DNA of 64,000 nt, taken from a virus. Lineage: Duplodnaviria > Caudoviricetes. The position numbers were made by a program, and so were the translations under genes. Every line of letters begins with the position of its first letter. Within the stretch, counting starts at the first letter, position 1. The stretch spans positions 99,264 to 163,263 of the IMG/VR virus record IMGVR_UViG_3300032234_000392. The stretch is one strand, 5' to 3'. Shown here piece after piece: positions 16,582-26,377 of this stretch. The notes under the pieces were generated by a model. That model saw nothing but the letters and a program-made list of their open reading frames with translations, did not search any database and was not told the DNA's origin.

Positions 16582-16610
16582 ATTATATAGTCTTTTTATT
16601 TAGCTGTCAA
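16582..16610 (-). promoter_or_regulatory. sigma70-type promoter of the leader/tRNA unit
   Basis: TTGACA-N17-TATAAT. Confidence 0.87.
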
Positions 16611-16647
16611 TAGATATATGGTATGATAATGTGGCATTTTTACAACA

Positions 16648-16917
16648 TTATTCCATTTCTACTATGCCAGTCTCTCCAGCGATAAGCAAGTGTTTGCCAA
16701 TTTCAAAAAGTCCAACTCCACCCGGTAGGTCAAGAGCACAAGCATGGATCTGAGTAAGTCCGTCGCTGTCTATACTAGCAGCCACAAACTCTGTAATCTC
16801 TCCGCTCTGGACCATCATACGCATAGAGTCGATGACATCTAGTAAATCTTGTTTGCGTTTAGCTTCAGCTGCTTCTTTACCGCCAAGAACTACTATATTT
16901 GAATCTGTTTTCATCAT
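16648..16917 (-). CDS. hypothetical protein
   Basis: 89-aa ORF directly after the clpP-like gene. Confidence 0.65.
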   Translation of the reverse strand: MMKTDSNIVVLGGKEAAEAKRKQDLLDVIDSMRMMVQSGEITEFVAASIDSDGLTQIHACALDLPGGVGLFEIGKHLLIAGETGIVEME

Positions 16918-16922
16918 TGTCT

Positions 16923-17486
16923 TTATTTTAAAATGTAATCTGCTGCACCATGCTCGACCATTTCCTGTGCTGTCATGTAAACATCAGTTGGCGGCAGTAG
17001 CCTTTTCTTAACATAAGTTGGCGGTTGTTTGGTAGCGGCTGCTAAAACATCAACCATCTTACTATTAAGCAATTCTGTTTCTTTCATTTCAGCTTTGAGA
17101 TCGTGATACTTACCGTCTGTGCCTGAACTGAACTGATGACACATACAGCTGGTATTATGGGCAACATATCGTTCACCACGAGTACCTGCTGCCACGATCA
17201 AAAATGCTGCACTCATCACAGTACCTATACCAATGGTACGAATTTTATGCACACTAGAATTCATGATATCTATTAAGGCAAATGCCTGATATAAATCGCC
17301 GCCTGTAGAATTCACGTATAGCGTTAGTATTTTATCCTGATTAGGATTAAGATCTTCGTAGGCAATCCATTTAATACATTTTTCTACGTTTTCTTCTTCG
17401 ATTTCTCCCGAGAGGAAAAATACTGAATTTTCCAGCAATGCAATATCAATACGTTCTTCTGCATTAAATTCGGTAATATTTTTCAC
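16923..17486 (-). CDS. clpP: ATP-dependent Clp protease proteolytic subunit-like protein
   Basis: LYVNSTGG, GTVMSAA (catalytic Ser), MCHQ, DVYMTAQE..GAAD. Confidence 0.85.
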   Translation of the reverse strand: MKNITEFNAEERIDIALLENSVFFLSGEIEEENVEKCIKWIAYEDLNPNQDKILTLYVNSTGGDLYQAFALIDIMNSSVHKIRTIGIGTVMSAAFLIVAAGTRGERYVAHNTSCMCHQFSSGTDGKYHDLKAEMKETELLNSKMVDVLAAATKQPPTYVKKRLLPPTDVYMTAQEMVEHGAADYILK

Positions 17487-17545
17487 TTGGGCTCCGTTGA
17501 ATTACACTTACTTATCTCTTTGTTAATTATAGCATCAGTTTATAT

Positions 17546-17923
17546 TTAAGCCAACATAATTACGCCAATAATTGCAATATAGGTAAGATAGTGCAGACCC
17601 TGATCTGCGCCAAACCATACCCAAAACATACGATCTGCTGTGGTCAGCCCGCGATTTAACTGTTGTTTTAGCCAATCGACATGATAGTGTACAACTCCAT
17701 CAATTAGACCCAAAACTACTGCGGCAAAGTGTGCGAACGGACCCCACGGTAGTACTATTACCAATACCACAAATGTACCCAAGGCATGAATCAGGGCATG
17801 TTCGAGACCTCCGCGAGCTCCATAAGTTCCTTTTTGTGCTACCATATGAGGATACTGTAATAGGAAATCACAGACAAAATGTTTGACGCCAAACAGGGCT
17901 AATAGTAAGATTACTGTGGTCAT
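17546..17923 (-). CDS. DUF3307-like membrane protein
   Basis: KHFVCDFLLQ, HYHVDWLK, GADQGLH. Confidence 0.75.
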   Translation of the reverse strand: MTTVILLLALFGVKHFVCDFLLQYPHMVAQKGTYGARGGLEHALIHALGTFVVLVIVLPWGPFAHFAAVVLGLIDGVVHYHVDWLKQQLNRGLTTADRMFWVWFGADQGLHYLTYIAIIGVIMLA

Positions 17924-18099
17924 TCTGGTAAAGATCTAAATCTCAGCAAAAAGCTCTCTTCATAACAGCTGAATTCTCGACATTCCTTGCAATTATCTTG
18001 CTCATAATGAATCCATATTTTTCCGTCAAGTTCTACTCTATGAACTACGTGAAATATATTGCCTTCATTACTTACCCACCTTGATCCTTCTTTGACCAT
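17920..18099 (-). CDS. 59-aa hypothetical protein (MVKEGSRW...)
   Basis: GGAG RBS; fills gap, ATGA overlap with next gene. Confidence 0.55.
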   Translation of the reverse strand: MVKEGSRWVSNEGNIFHVVHRVELDGKIWIHYEQDNCKECREFSCYEESFLLRFRSLPE

Positions 18100-18108
18100 A
18101 CGCTCTCC

Positions 18109-18510
18109 TTACTTGAAATTTTCTAATGCATCAGTGTCTACATTCTCTACCATATGTAGCATAAATCGATAGCCGTCCCAGGCTTTCTTTACAGCATCAC
18201 TATCACTATTTACTGTTGGGAACATATCTACCCAAACTGAATTCTCAGGTTGCTTGTGTCTGTGCATACCTTGTCTGCGTGGCTGCAGAATACGATTTGA
18301 ATTCCAAAGAGCCAAAGCCACACGTCGACATTCTTCTTCGTCTAGCATATAAAGGTAATCATCTCGATACAAATAGCTATCAACTACTTGTACTAATTGA
18401 TCTTCTTCGTGAATGTTTGTGGCTGCAATAACAAAGGCCACATCATCAAGAGCAACTTCTCCCTTGACAATATCACGAATACAACGACCAAGACTGAATC
18501 CAATTTTCAT
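18109..18510 (-). CDS. hypothetical phage protein
   Basis: MKIGFSLGRCIRDIV N-terminus; in gene string. Confidence 0.7.
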   Translation of the reverse strand: MKIGFSLGRCIRDIVKGEVALDDVAFVIAATNIHEEDQLVQVVDSYLYRDDYLYMLDEEECRRVALALWNSNRILQPRRQGMHRHKQPENSVWVDMFPTVNSDSDAVKKAWDGYRFMLHMVENVDTDALENFK

Positions 18511-18894
18511 TCTTTGACTCCAAAATGTTCTAACAAATCTCTGCCAGTACGATCAGCATACTCATCCATAAATTCAGCAGATTCCTTAATTAATAACTGG
18601 GCGAATAAATCTAATCCTTCTTGATCAGGATTAAAGTCTATGCCCGCCTGCTGTTTGAGTTCTTGAAGCCGACGAGTCATTTAGGCTCCGTAGTATGTCT
18701 GTGCTTGTTCAGCAGCTCGTTCTCGTAGTTGTTGATCCACTCGTTGAACAGCTTCTTTACGTTCTTGATCAGTAAGTTCATAGCATTTAGGGTTCCCTTT
18801 AGGATCACGCATTAGCGGATAATCTCGTTGTTTCTTTTGAAAAAGTTTGGAAATCATGTGAATGTCTTTCAGTTGATGATATACTATTATAACA

Positions 18895-20403
18895 TCATTT
18901 CCATTTTAAAGCAAACATTATTTTGTCCGCTTCTTCAATAAAATAAAAAGCTGAAACACTGTCATAGTTGTAGTCGACATCGGAGGTATCTACTAATTCT
19001 GCCCAAACGAAACTTTGACAGTGTGCTCGAGCCCATTTTTTCATACGCCACATAGGCTCAACAGGGTCGGAAAGAAGTACCCGATGACATTGATCTAATA
19101 CGTGTTGTGGCGGCGTTAAATCGTAATTGTTAACGTGCATTATGACCATTTCATGGCAAACATAGTAGCATCTTGTTCATTTTGAAAATACCAAACTCGA
19201 TTGCTGCCACGTACAATGTCTCTGAACTTGCCTGCACAATGCTCCATACACCAACATAGTTTATCTTCGTAGTTGTCATGCAACACTAAAGGGACACCGT
19301 GCCATCCTTCCAAAATAGTCATTAATCGTTCGTGTTGTATTAATCCAACATCTTCAGAAATCATGTCTAGTCGAACTGTCATTTGCCGTGCCTCAACAAC
19401 CATTCGGTTAGTGCCGGTCCTGTGAGTTTAGCTCGTATCTCATATTTGTATCCATAACTTATATGATCTGCCATCCTATACCAAGAGGGAGTTTCACAGG
19501 CATGTGTCATAACCCATTGTCCTGTATCACTCTTTTCCCATTCGTGTAATGGTTGGGCAGCATAGAGATCTGGATCTTCCACATCACCCATGGTAAAACT
19601 ATGAACAACTATTTCTTTCATGTGTAATATATTTTAGTGCAAATACTGTTGCTTCGACATCGCTGCTGATATAAACTGTATGCATGGGGTCTCCCGAATT
19701 AAATCGAAATGCATGATCTGCTGTAGGACAATTTGTATTCATCCACCCTATAAAATCATGATCATCGGCAGGATAGACCCAGCAGTACCAACCGCGAGGC
19801 ATAGGATCCGTATTGGTAATTAAAAATGATGAATAATTTGGAATCGTTGCGCCATCTTCAAATCGCCAGTAGTGTACCGATGTTGTTGATCTCATAGCCA
19901 TTTTAGTGTAAACGTCACAGCATCGCCCTGATCTTCAAAAATAAAATGTCTGCCGTTTCTATGAAATTTTCCTTGACAATTATCTGTTAACCAGTAGGTA
20001 ATATCAACAGCATGTTTGTTATCTTGCAACTTTGATAGATCTATGCGGTGCCAACCGCAAGATTTGACTAACACATCAGTAAGGATTTCAAAGTCTATGG
20101 CACTATGCATCTGTGTGCCTAATTCTTCTAGTATTTGATCTTGCATATTCATTTTAATACATTGCCTTTAGCACCGCCCCAACGTAGCATAAACATTGTG
20201 GCATCATAGTCATCTGAAAATTGAAAATAAAGAGCATGTGTGCTTTCACAGCGCCAAATGCCTTTACAGGTTGTTTCACACCATGATTTCATTTCGGGCA
20301 GTGTAGTATAACCTATCTGGTCAAAGTTTACACGATAGGGAAATATAGCCCTTGCTCGAGTGGCTAATAGTTCACCTAGTGTGGCAATCTTAGTTTTTGA
20401 CAT
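18895..20403 (-). repeat. tandem array of ~6 small related ORFs (18895-19149, 19140-19403, 19379-19621, 19599-19901, 19892-20152, 20149-20403)
   Basis: shared W-x3-4-C...F-x-F-x3-DA-x2-F-x-L-(K/R)-W pattern in five; 19379 is more divergent. Confidence 0.7.
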
Positions 20404-20404
20404 C

Positions 20405-20728
20405 TTAGGACCAAGTTCTATGCTCTTCAGCTACCCACTCTGCACCATCGTAGTCCTGCACGATCCACTTAACATCACCCGGCACTTCAACAATTTTTAG
20501 ATTAGAGTGAGGACCGTTTGCACTCATACCTAACTCTCGAACAATCTTAAGCAGGTAAGGATCATCGCGTGGAATATCTCTATCGCAAAAACTAGGATCA
20601 TTGATGCCTGCTAGTTTTTTGTATTCAAGAATAGCACGATCGCTGAGGCCAAAACCTCCGTAGCAGTCGTTGATCACAATATATTGAAGTCCACGCAGTT
20701 GATCAATGAACTTTTCTACTTCACTCAT
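20405..20728 (-). CDS. conserved hypothetical phage protein
   Basis: INDCYGGFGLS, RDDP, YDGAEWVAE. Confidence 0.7.
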   Translation of the reverse strand: MSEVEKFIDQLRGLQYIVINDCYGGFGLSDRAILEYKKLAGINDPSFCDRDIPRDDPYLLKIVRELGMSANGPHSNLKIVEVPGDVKWIVQDYDGAEWVAEEHRTWS

Positions 20729-21357
20729 TTTTTCTTTTTCTTTTTTGGTACAGGAAAATCAATAGGATTGTCTGTGCCTGTTTCATGCAGAGCAATTACA
20801 TTACGCAGAATATCTTCTACTAATTGATTTAAAGTAATATCCTGTTCGTGTGCTCTTTTCATCAATTCAAATAATTGATCATCATCCAAACGCAACGGCA
20901 GGTCGATACGGGTGTCATAATCTTCGCCACTTATAATACTTTGTGCCTTGTCTAAAAAATCTTCGTCTGTTTCTAAATCCACATAGTTAATACCGTCCCA
21001 AGCTTCATTAGATGCCACTTCACGATCGACTGCTTCACTATCGTATTTGTCTTTGTAATCGAAATTAATTAAACGATAAGCACGATTGTGTTTGTAATCA
21101 TGTGCTTGAACTTCATAGACTTCGTGTGTACGAGTATCAAAAATAATGCCTAAACTGTGTCCGTTGTGATCTTGATTCCAGTAGTTCAAACTGTAAGCAT
21201 TAGATCCATAACAGTTCCAACAATAGTCGCTACCTTCGGTGACTCGATAGTCAACAGTCTCCATAAAATCTTTAAACGTAATCATGCTACAATCCTTCCA
21301 ATAGCAGAAACAATAAGATAGACTCCAAAAACTGCACCCAGTAGGCTCATGTACCAA
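20725..21357 (-). CDS. hypothetical phage protein (real start probably MITFKDF near 21285)
   Basis: C-terminal AHEQDITLNQ ribbon-helix-helix-like segment. Confidence 0.6.
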   Translation of the reverse strand: MVHEPTGCSFWSLSYCFCYWKDCSMITFKDFMETVDYRVTEGSDYCWNCYGSNAYSLNYWNQDHNGHSLGIIFDTRTHEVYEVQAHDYKHNRAYRLINFDYKDKYDSEAVDREVASNEAWDGINYVDLETDEDFLDKAQSIISGEDYDTRIDLPLRLDDDQLFELMKRAHEQDITLNQLVEDILRNVIALHETGTDNPIDFPVPKKKKKK

Positions 21358-21498
21358 TCGCGAAAGTTCTTGCTTTCGAGAGCCATGCCAAACGTAGTAC
21401 CTGCAAAGAAAACTGCAAGAATACCTAACACAAGATAAAATAAAATCATAAACCGCCTTTCATATGATACACTATTATAGCATCATTCGACGAAAAAG

Positions 21499-21786
21499 TC
21501 AATCTACGATAGCGTAAATTTCATCTTCACGCAATACCAATAGATCCTCTCCGTCCAATTTAACCGAGACTCCGGTATTTGGATAGTAGGCCACAACATC
21601 ATCAACTTTGACTGTTAGTGGAATTACTGTGCCTCGTTTGGTTGTTCGTCCTTCGCCTACCTTTAATACTTTTCCTTGTAAAGGAGCATCGGTTGGAGTG
21701 GCCAATACCACAATACCGCCAGCAGAAGCCTCATCATTTGATGTTTTTCTAATTAATATACGATCACCTAAAATTTCTACACTCAT
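21499..21786 (-). CDS. groES: co-chaperonin GroES
   Basis: LGDRILI, AGGIV, GKVLKVGEG, VKVDD, LREDEI. Confidence 0.92.
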   Translation of the reverse strand: MSVEILGDRILIRKTSNDEASAGGIVVLATPTDAPLQGKVLKVGEGRTTKRGTVIPLTVKVDDVVAYYPNTGVSVKLDGEDLLVLREDEIYAIVD

Positions 21787-21787
21787 A

Positions 21788-22030
21788 TTATCTCCTGTTA
21801 AGTTCTGCCCACGTTAAAAATTGTTTGAAACCGTTGTACACAGCTTCTGCTTCTTTGTCATCCTGTGCAACTTTTACACCTCGGACCCAAAATCCATCAG
21901 GACCAATCTTCAACATTTCTGTAGCACCTGCATAACAGATAATATTGTTAGGTTCGGGCTCACGAAATTTATATTCAGTTCCCCAATTTTCAGTTGCGGA
22001 TTGTACTGCGTCAAAGTTGTAGTTAGACAT
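21788..22030 (-). CDS. hypothetical protein
   Basis: 80-aa ORF coupled to neighbours. Confidence 0.6.
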   Translation of the reverse strand: MSNYNFDAVQSATENWGTEYKFREPEPNNIICYAGATEMLKIGPDGFWVRGVKVAQDDKEAEAVYNGFKQFLTWAELNRR

Positions 22031-22872
22031 TATACCTCAAATGTAAAGTTAAAATCAAATTGATCGTTTTCGCCAGGGTAGCCATGCGGATTACACATCA
22101 CTCGAGTATCGCCAATTGTATAATCAAAGTTGTTGTGCATATGGCCGTGGGTCCAAGCTCGTATCTGTGGTCGATCGAGTATGAACTCGCTTAGGTCTGA
22201 CGAGTATCCACCATTCATTAGAGTGGCATCTTTGTAGATTTCATGTATGCTCAAATGACTTGGTGCGTGATGACTGCATACTACAATCTTGGCATCCTTA
22301 GGCAAATTTTCAATCACGGTTTTAAAGTAATCACGTGTCTTGGTAAACTCTATAACTGTACGCATTGGTAGAAATTTCTTAAAATTTTCACCGGCAATCC
22401 GAATCACCCGAAAGTCTGTCATACAGTGTTCAAGGTGATACTGAGTCATTGGATCACCCTTATTACAGTCTGTCCACATAGTACCGCCGATAAAGTGAAC
22501 ACCGTCAAGTTCCACGGTATCTCGATCTAGGAGATGTATGTTATGAATGTTTAGGTATCCAAGAGTTTCGCGAATAATACCAGCACTCTTATCAAACTTA
22601 CCATGATAGTGTTCATGGTTGCCCATAACGTAGATCACGTGTTTGAACTGAAAACTTACTCTTTGAAAAAAGTCTCTATAACGCATAGCACGTTTAGCAC
22701 GGCCGTAGCCATTGTCTGGAAGATCGCCCCAAGCAAGATTTACAGGCTGATTACGCAAATCGTCTGCCACAAGAATATCGCCAGACAATATAAGAACGTC
22801 TGCACCTGTGTCGTTTTTGATGTTGACATCTGCAAACTCTAGATGCAGATCAGACGCTAATTGGATTTTCAT
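22030..22872 (-). CDS. metallophosphoesterase
   Basis: SDLHLEF, GD, GNHE, HHAP, HGHMH, NPHGY. Confidence 0.9.
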   Translation of the reverse strand: MKIQLASDLHLEFADVNIKNDTGADVLILSGDILVADDLRNQPVNLAWGDLPDNGYGRAKRAMRYRDFFQRVSFQFKHVIYVMGNHEHYHGKFDKSAGIIRETLGYLNIHNIHLLDRDTVELDGVHFIGGTMWTDCNKGDPMTQYHLEHCMTDFRVIRIAGENFKKFLPMRTVIEFTKTRDYFKTVIENLPKDAKIVVCSHHAPSHLSIHEIYKDATLMNGGYSSDLSEFILDRPQIRAWTHGHMHNNFDYTIGDTRVMCNPHGYPGENDQFDFNFTFEV

Positions 22873-22898
22873 AAGACAGCTTTTAATAATATGTATAT

Positions 22899-22927
22899 AT
22901 TATAGCATCGTTTGCTGAGAATGTCAA
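22899..22927 (-). promoter_or_regulatory. sigma70-type promoter
   Basis: TTGACA-N17-TATAAT. Confidence 0.8.
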
Positions 22928-22932
22928 CTGGA

Positions 22933-22940
22933 TATAAATA
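22933..22940 (+). promoter_or_regulatory. T4-type late promoter motif
   Basis: TATAAATA upstream of the plus-strand membrane-protein genes; TAAATA recurs before many genes. Confidence 0.6.
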
Positions 22941-22964
22941 CACATATAATAGGAGCGGAGCGAA

Positions 22965-23246
22965 ATGGGCGAAATTTTCAAATTAATCGGCGAAGTAGGC
23001 TTTCCGATGGCTGCAGCATTGTGCGGTGGCTACTTTGTATATCTAACACTTAAATTGGTTTTGGGCTCTGTAATGAGTGCTGTGAAATCAATGGCTGGTA
23101 TTATTACCATGTTAGATAACCGTGTCAAAACCATGAACCACGATGTTATACGTATTGATGCTATTGTCAGCAACGCACTAGGACTAAAACCCGATGTAGA
23201 TCGTATTGCTCGTGCAGATGGCAAGAACGATGCAAGAAGGGATTAA
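22965..23246 (+). CDS. small membrane protein (N-terminal TM plus coiled coil)
   Basis: EVGFPMAAA TM segment; similar to ORF at 23818. Confidence 0.7.
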   Translation: MGEIFKLIGEVGFPMAAALCGGYFVYLTLKLVLGSVMSAVKSMAGIITMLDNRVKTMNHDVIRIDAIVSNALGLKPDVDRIARADGKNDARRD

Positions 23247-23248
23247 AA

Positions 23249-23440
23249 ATGTTATACTATGACTATACCTGGGATTTGAGTTCAAGGGGTATAATTTTAG
23301 ATGCAGAACTTAACACTGATAAACTAGGGTGGAGAGGTGGAGACTATTTTAAGTTCATCAATGTCAACGGTCAACAAATGTTGGTCAAAATAGACCCATT
23401 GGAAAAATTTATCATAGACGGAGCAGCTAAAAATGAGTAA
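23249..23440 (+). CDS. hypothetical protein
   Basis: 63-aa ORF in operon. Confidence 0.6.
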   Translation: MLYYDYTWDLSSRGIILDAELNTDKLGWRGGDYFKFINVNGQQMLVKIDPLEKFIIDGAAKNE

Positions 23441-23603
23441 ATGGAAGCCAGGCAAGTTGCCTAACAGCATTAGCGAGTACGGATTCAATCATCAAATTTG
23501 GTCAGATAAAGATCTAGCATTGATGGTTAGTATTGCACTTGCGGTTGGATTCTTTTTTGGATATATTTGTAGTTAAGCAGTAATACATTGTGGGAGCGAA
23601 AAA

Positions 23604-23807
23604 ATGTATGTAGATGGATACATGTTGTTTGCAATTTATTTTATTGCGGTGTTAGCATTAGCTGTTAGTGCGTATGCCCTTTGGTCTTTGGAAGAAATTA
23701 GACAGTATTATGCAAGAAAAAACAGTAAAAAAAATCCCAATGCTTGGGAACAGTATAACAGTAAACCACCAGTAATACCGACTCGCGGTAAAGGACACTG
23801 GGACTAA
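23604..23807 (+). CDS. small membrane protein
   Basis: hydrophobic N-terminus, GGGAGCGAA upstream. Confidence 0.6.
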   Translation: MYVDGYMLFAIYFIAVLALAVSAYALWSLEEIRQYYARKNSKKNPNAWEQYNSKPPVIPTRGKGHWD

Positions 23808-23817
23808 GGAGAAAGAT

Positions 23818-24117
23818 ATGGACGTAGTATCAATGATTAACAAATATGGCTTTCCAATTGTATCAGCAGTTGGTATGGGCTATATGATTTATTATGTATG
23901 GACTTGGGCCACAAAAGAAATTAAACCTGTGCTTAACGATGCTAACACAGTTCTTATCGCTCTTATCGATCGTATTCGTATGCTAGATAACGATCTAATT
24001 CGATTAACACAAAAGGTCAATGTTGTTCTTCACTTACGTGGCAAGACCATTGAGCGTGAGCGTGTTCATGCCGAGGAACAGATCAACGAACTCAAAGAAG
24101 AAACTAAGAAAAAATAA
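23818..24117 (+). CDS. small membrane protein related to ORF 22965
   Basis: KYGFPIVSA TM segment; shared MLDN/DxIR words. Confidence 0.7.
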   Translation: MDVVSMINKYGFPIVSAVGMGYMIYYVWTWATKEIKPVLNDANTVLIALIDRIRMLDNDLIRLTQKVNVVLHLRGKTIERERVHAEEQINELKEETKKK

Positions 24118-24277
24118 TTACTTAGTAGGACACATTGTAAACGGTTTAATACCGTTTAGACTAAAGTGGGAGATGAATTTGTCCATTTCATCTCCTTTAC
24201 TTATGAGTGTCATTGGCATGTAGTACCACTGTAAAAACATCCAGACATAATAGTCCATAATGTTTTCAAAAACGATA

Positions 24278-26320
24278 TTATTTTTCATGAGCTACGAATT
24301 CTCCATTCCAGTTATCTGGTAAATCTTGCTGTTTCATAAACTCGCAGCGTTCAATCCAAATTTTGTAATACTTGTCCATTTGTCCACCAAATGTGCCTTT
24401 CATCTTAGCGCACACAGCAGCAGCTTCATCAAACTTCTTGGCTTTGTATAGGGCATGCATCTTTAGGTGTTGTTCTCGATCTTTACTATAATCTTCACCA
24501 CGTGTTCGTATTACAGTATAAATTAAATCTGCCACAGTCTTGCCCTTAGGCTGTAAGTTATCTAACAACAAGTAGAAGAAATCATCCTTAGTACGGTTGT
24601 ATGTTTCAGCACCGATAATGGCTAGTACGCCATAGGCCTTACAACGTGCTTCTAAACGTGCCGCAGTACTAACCATGTCACCTAAGATGTCATAGCTGTG
24701 TCTATCAGTGCTTCCCATTTCACCAATAAAACCGATACCAGTGTTGCAACCCCAACCCATAGCCGCAGGTGGTAATCCTTGTGCTTCCATTAGTTTAGTA
24801 TATTCATCTACAGCATCTAGCATTTCTAAACCGACTTGAACAATAGTGCGAGCGTGATTAGGATCATCAATAGGAGCACCGTGTATGTGCATACTTGCAT
24901 CGCCCACGTACTTAATAACCATACCGTTGTTGTCCATGATAGGCTTTGAGATAGCATCCATATAGCCGTTCATGTACTTGCCTAGTCCGGCAACGTCATC
25001 TCCATAGTGTTCACCGATAGGAGTAAAGCCACGTAGGTCACTGAACATTACACTAACGTCTTTGCGTACACCACGCTTGATTAGGTCTGGATCTTTCTGT
25101 AGCATCTCTACTACTTCTTTAGAACAATATCCAGCAAACTGTTTCTTGATTGCTTGTTTTTGTAAGAACTCACTTACAAACTTAACGCCATAAGCATGAA
25201 GCATGACCAGAACAAGGCCGACCACAAGAGCAGTTGAGTCAAAGAGCCAACTAAACTGTGAGTAAGCATACGAGCCAGCGAATACACTAGACCCAATAAT
25301 AACAACACCTGAAATAATGCCAACATAGGTCCACCTTGTTAAAAATAATAGTAAGATGCCTGCAACTAAGAGTGCGGCAATTTCTGCATAGTCAGCATAC
25401 CATGGTCGCTCAATGTTGACATTGTTAAACATTGTGCCTAGAACTGCTGCCTGCACTTCATGAGGGAATACTGCACCTTTAGCTGTTGGTACAGGATTGC
25501 TAATACCAGCGGCAGTAGGTCCTACAATAACTACTGCACCTTCAAGTTTTTTTGGAAGATCTATCATAGACATAGATATAGATTGTTGACTCCAATCAAT
25601 CCACACTCTGCCTAGACTGTCTGTGGTAATTGGACCAAATGCAGGAATACGCATTTTGTCAACGCCAAGTTCATTCAGTTTAATCTGTGTAGTTGAATCT
25701 CCTGCTGCAAGTCTAAGAGCTTCCATAGCCAGACTTGGATACACAGTTCCATCTGCAGCTACTACTAGAGGCATACGACGGACAACACCGTCAACTTCTG
25801 GCATGGTATTAACAATGCCTACGCCCGCAGCACGATTTTCTAACAAAGGCACGTTGGAAATAACTCCGCCGTAGTTGACAATTTGATCTGAGAATTCAGA
25901 CTGTATTACTGCCGTGCTAGGTTTACGTGGTGAGTTTTTATTCTTATCAAAAGGTTGACTAGGCAATACTACAGGAAACTCGTTCATAGTCGCTGCTAGA
26001 GCACCATCGCCGCCTGTGCGATCTGTTTCAGCCATAAACACGTTAAGCACTACTAGTCCAGCACCACGTTTGTATAGATTTTCTACAAGATCAGCATAGA
26101 CATTTCTAGGCAATGGCCACTGACCATATTTGTCTAGACTGGCTTCATCTATGTTAAGTGTAATGATGTTGTTTTCTTGGGCTGCTTTGCTGGTAATAAG
26201 TGTGTCAAAATATCGCAATCTTACACTTTCTACAAAGCTAGGATCGGCAATTCTTATACCTGTTATAAGTGCCAATGTAATTAGGGCAGTCCACGGACTG
26301 AGTAATATTTTCTTTAGCAT
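24278..26320 (-). CDS. CHASE2-domain class III adenylate/guanylate cyclase
   Basis: IDEASL..GQWPLPR CHASE2, TM helices, FSDLRGFT, KYVGDA, GDMVSTAARLE. Confidence 0.93.
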   Translation of the reverse strand: MLKKILLSPWTALITLALITGIRIADPSFVESVRLRYFDTLITSKAAQENNIITLNIDEASLDKYGQWPLPRNVYADLVENLYKRGAGLVVLNVFMAETDRTGGDGALAATMNEFPVVLPSQPFDKNKNSPRKPSTAVIQSEFSDQIVNYGGVISNVPLLENRAAGVGIVNTMPEVDGVVRRMPLVVAADGTVYPSLAMEALRLAAGDSTTQIKLNELGVDKMRIPAFGPITTDSLGRVWIDWSQQSISMSMIDLPKKLEGAVVIVGPTAAGISNPVPTAKGAVFPHEVQAAVLGTMFNNVNIERPWYADYAEIAALLVAGILLLFLTRWTYVGIISGVVIIGSSVFAGSYAYSQFSWLFDSTALVVGLVLVMLHAYGVKFVSEFLQKQAIKKQFAGYCSKEVVEMLQKDPDLIKRGVRKDVSVMFSDLRGFTPIGEHYGDDVAGLGKYMNGYMDAISKPIMDNNGMVIKYVGDASMHIHGAPIDDPNHARTIVQVGLEMLDAVDEYTKLMEAQGLPPAAMGWGCNTGIGFIGEMGSTDRHSYDILGDMVSTAARLEARCKAYGVLAIIGAETYNRTKDDFFYLLLDNLQPKGKTVADLIYTVIRTRGEDYSKDREQHLKMHALYKAKKFDEAAAVCAKMKGTFGGQMDKYYKIWIERCEFMKQQDLPDNWNGEFVAHEK

Positions 26321-26334
26321 AAAGTATTTACCGT

Positions 26335-26358
26335 AAAAAAGCCCGCCGAAGCGGGCTT
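26335..26358 (-). terminator. intrinsic terminator between autotransporter and cyclase
   Basis: AAGCCCGC-TTCG-GCGGGC-TTTTTT. Confidence 0.8.
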
Positions 26359-26377
26359 ATACTAGTACTAAGTTTTG

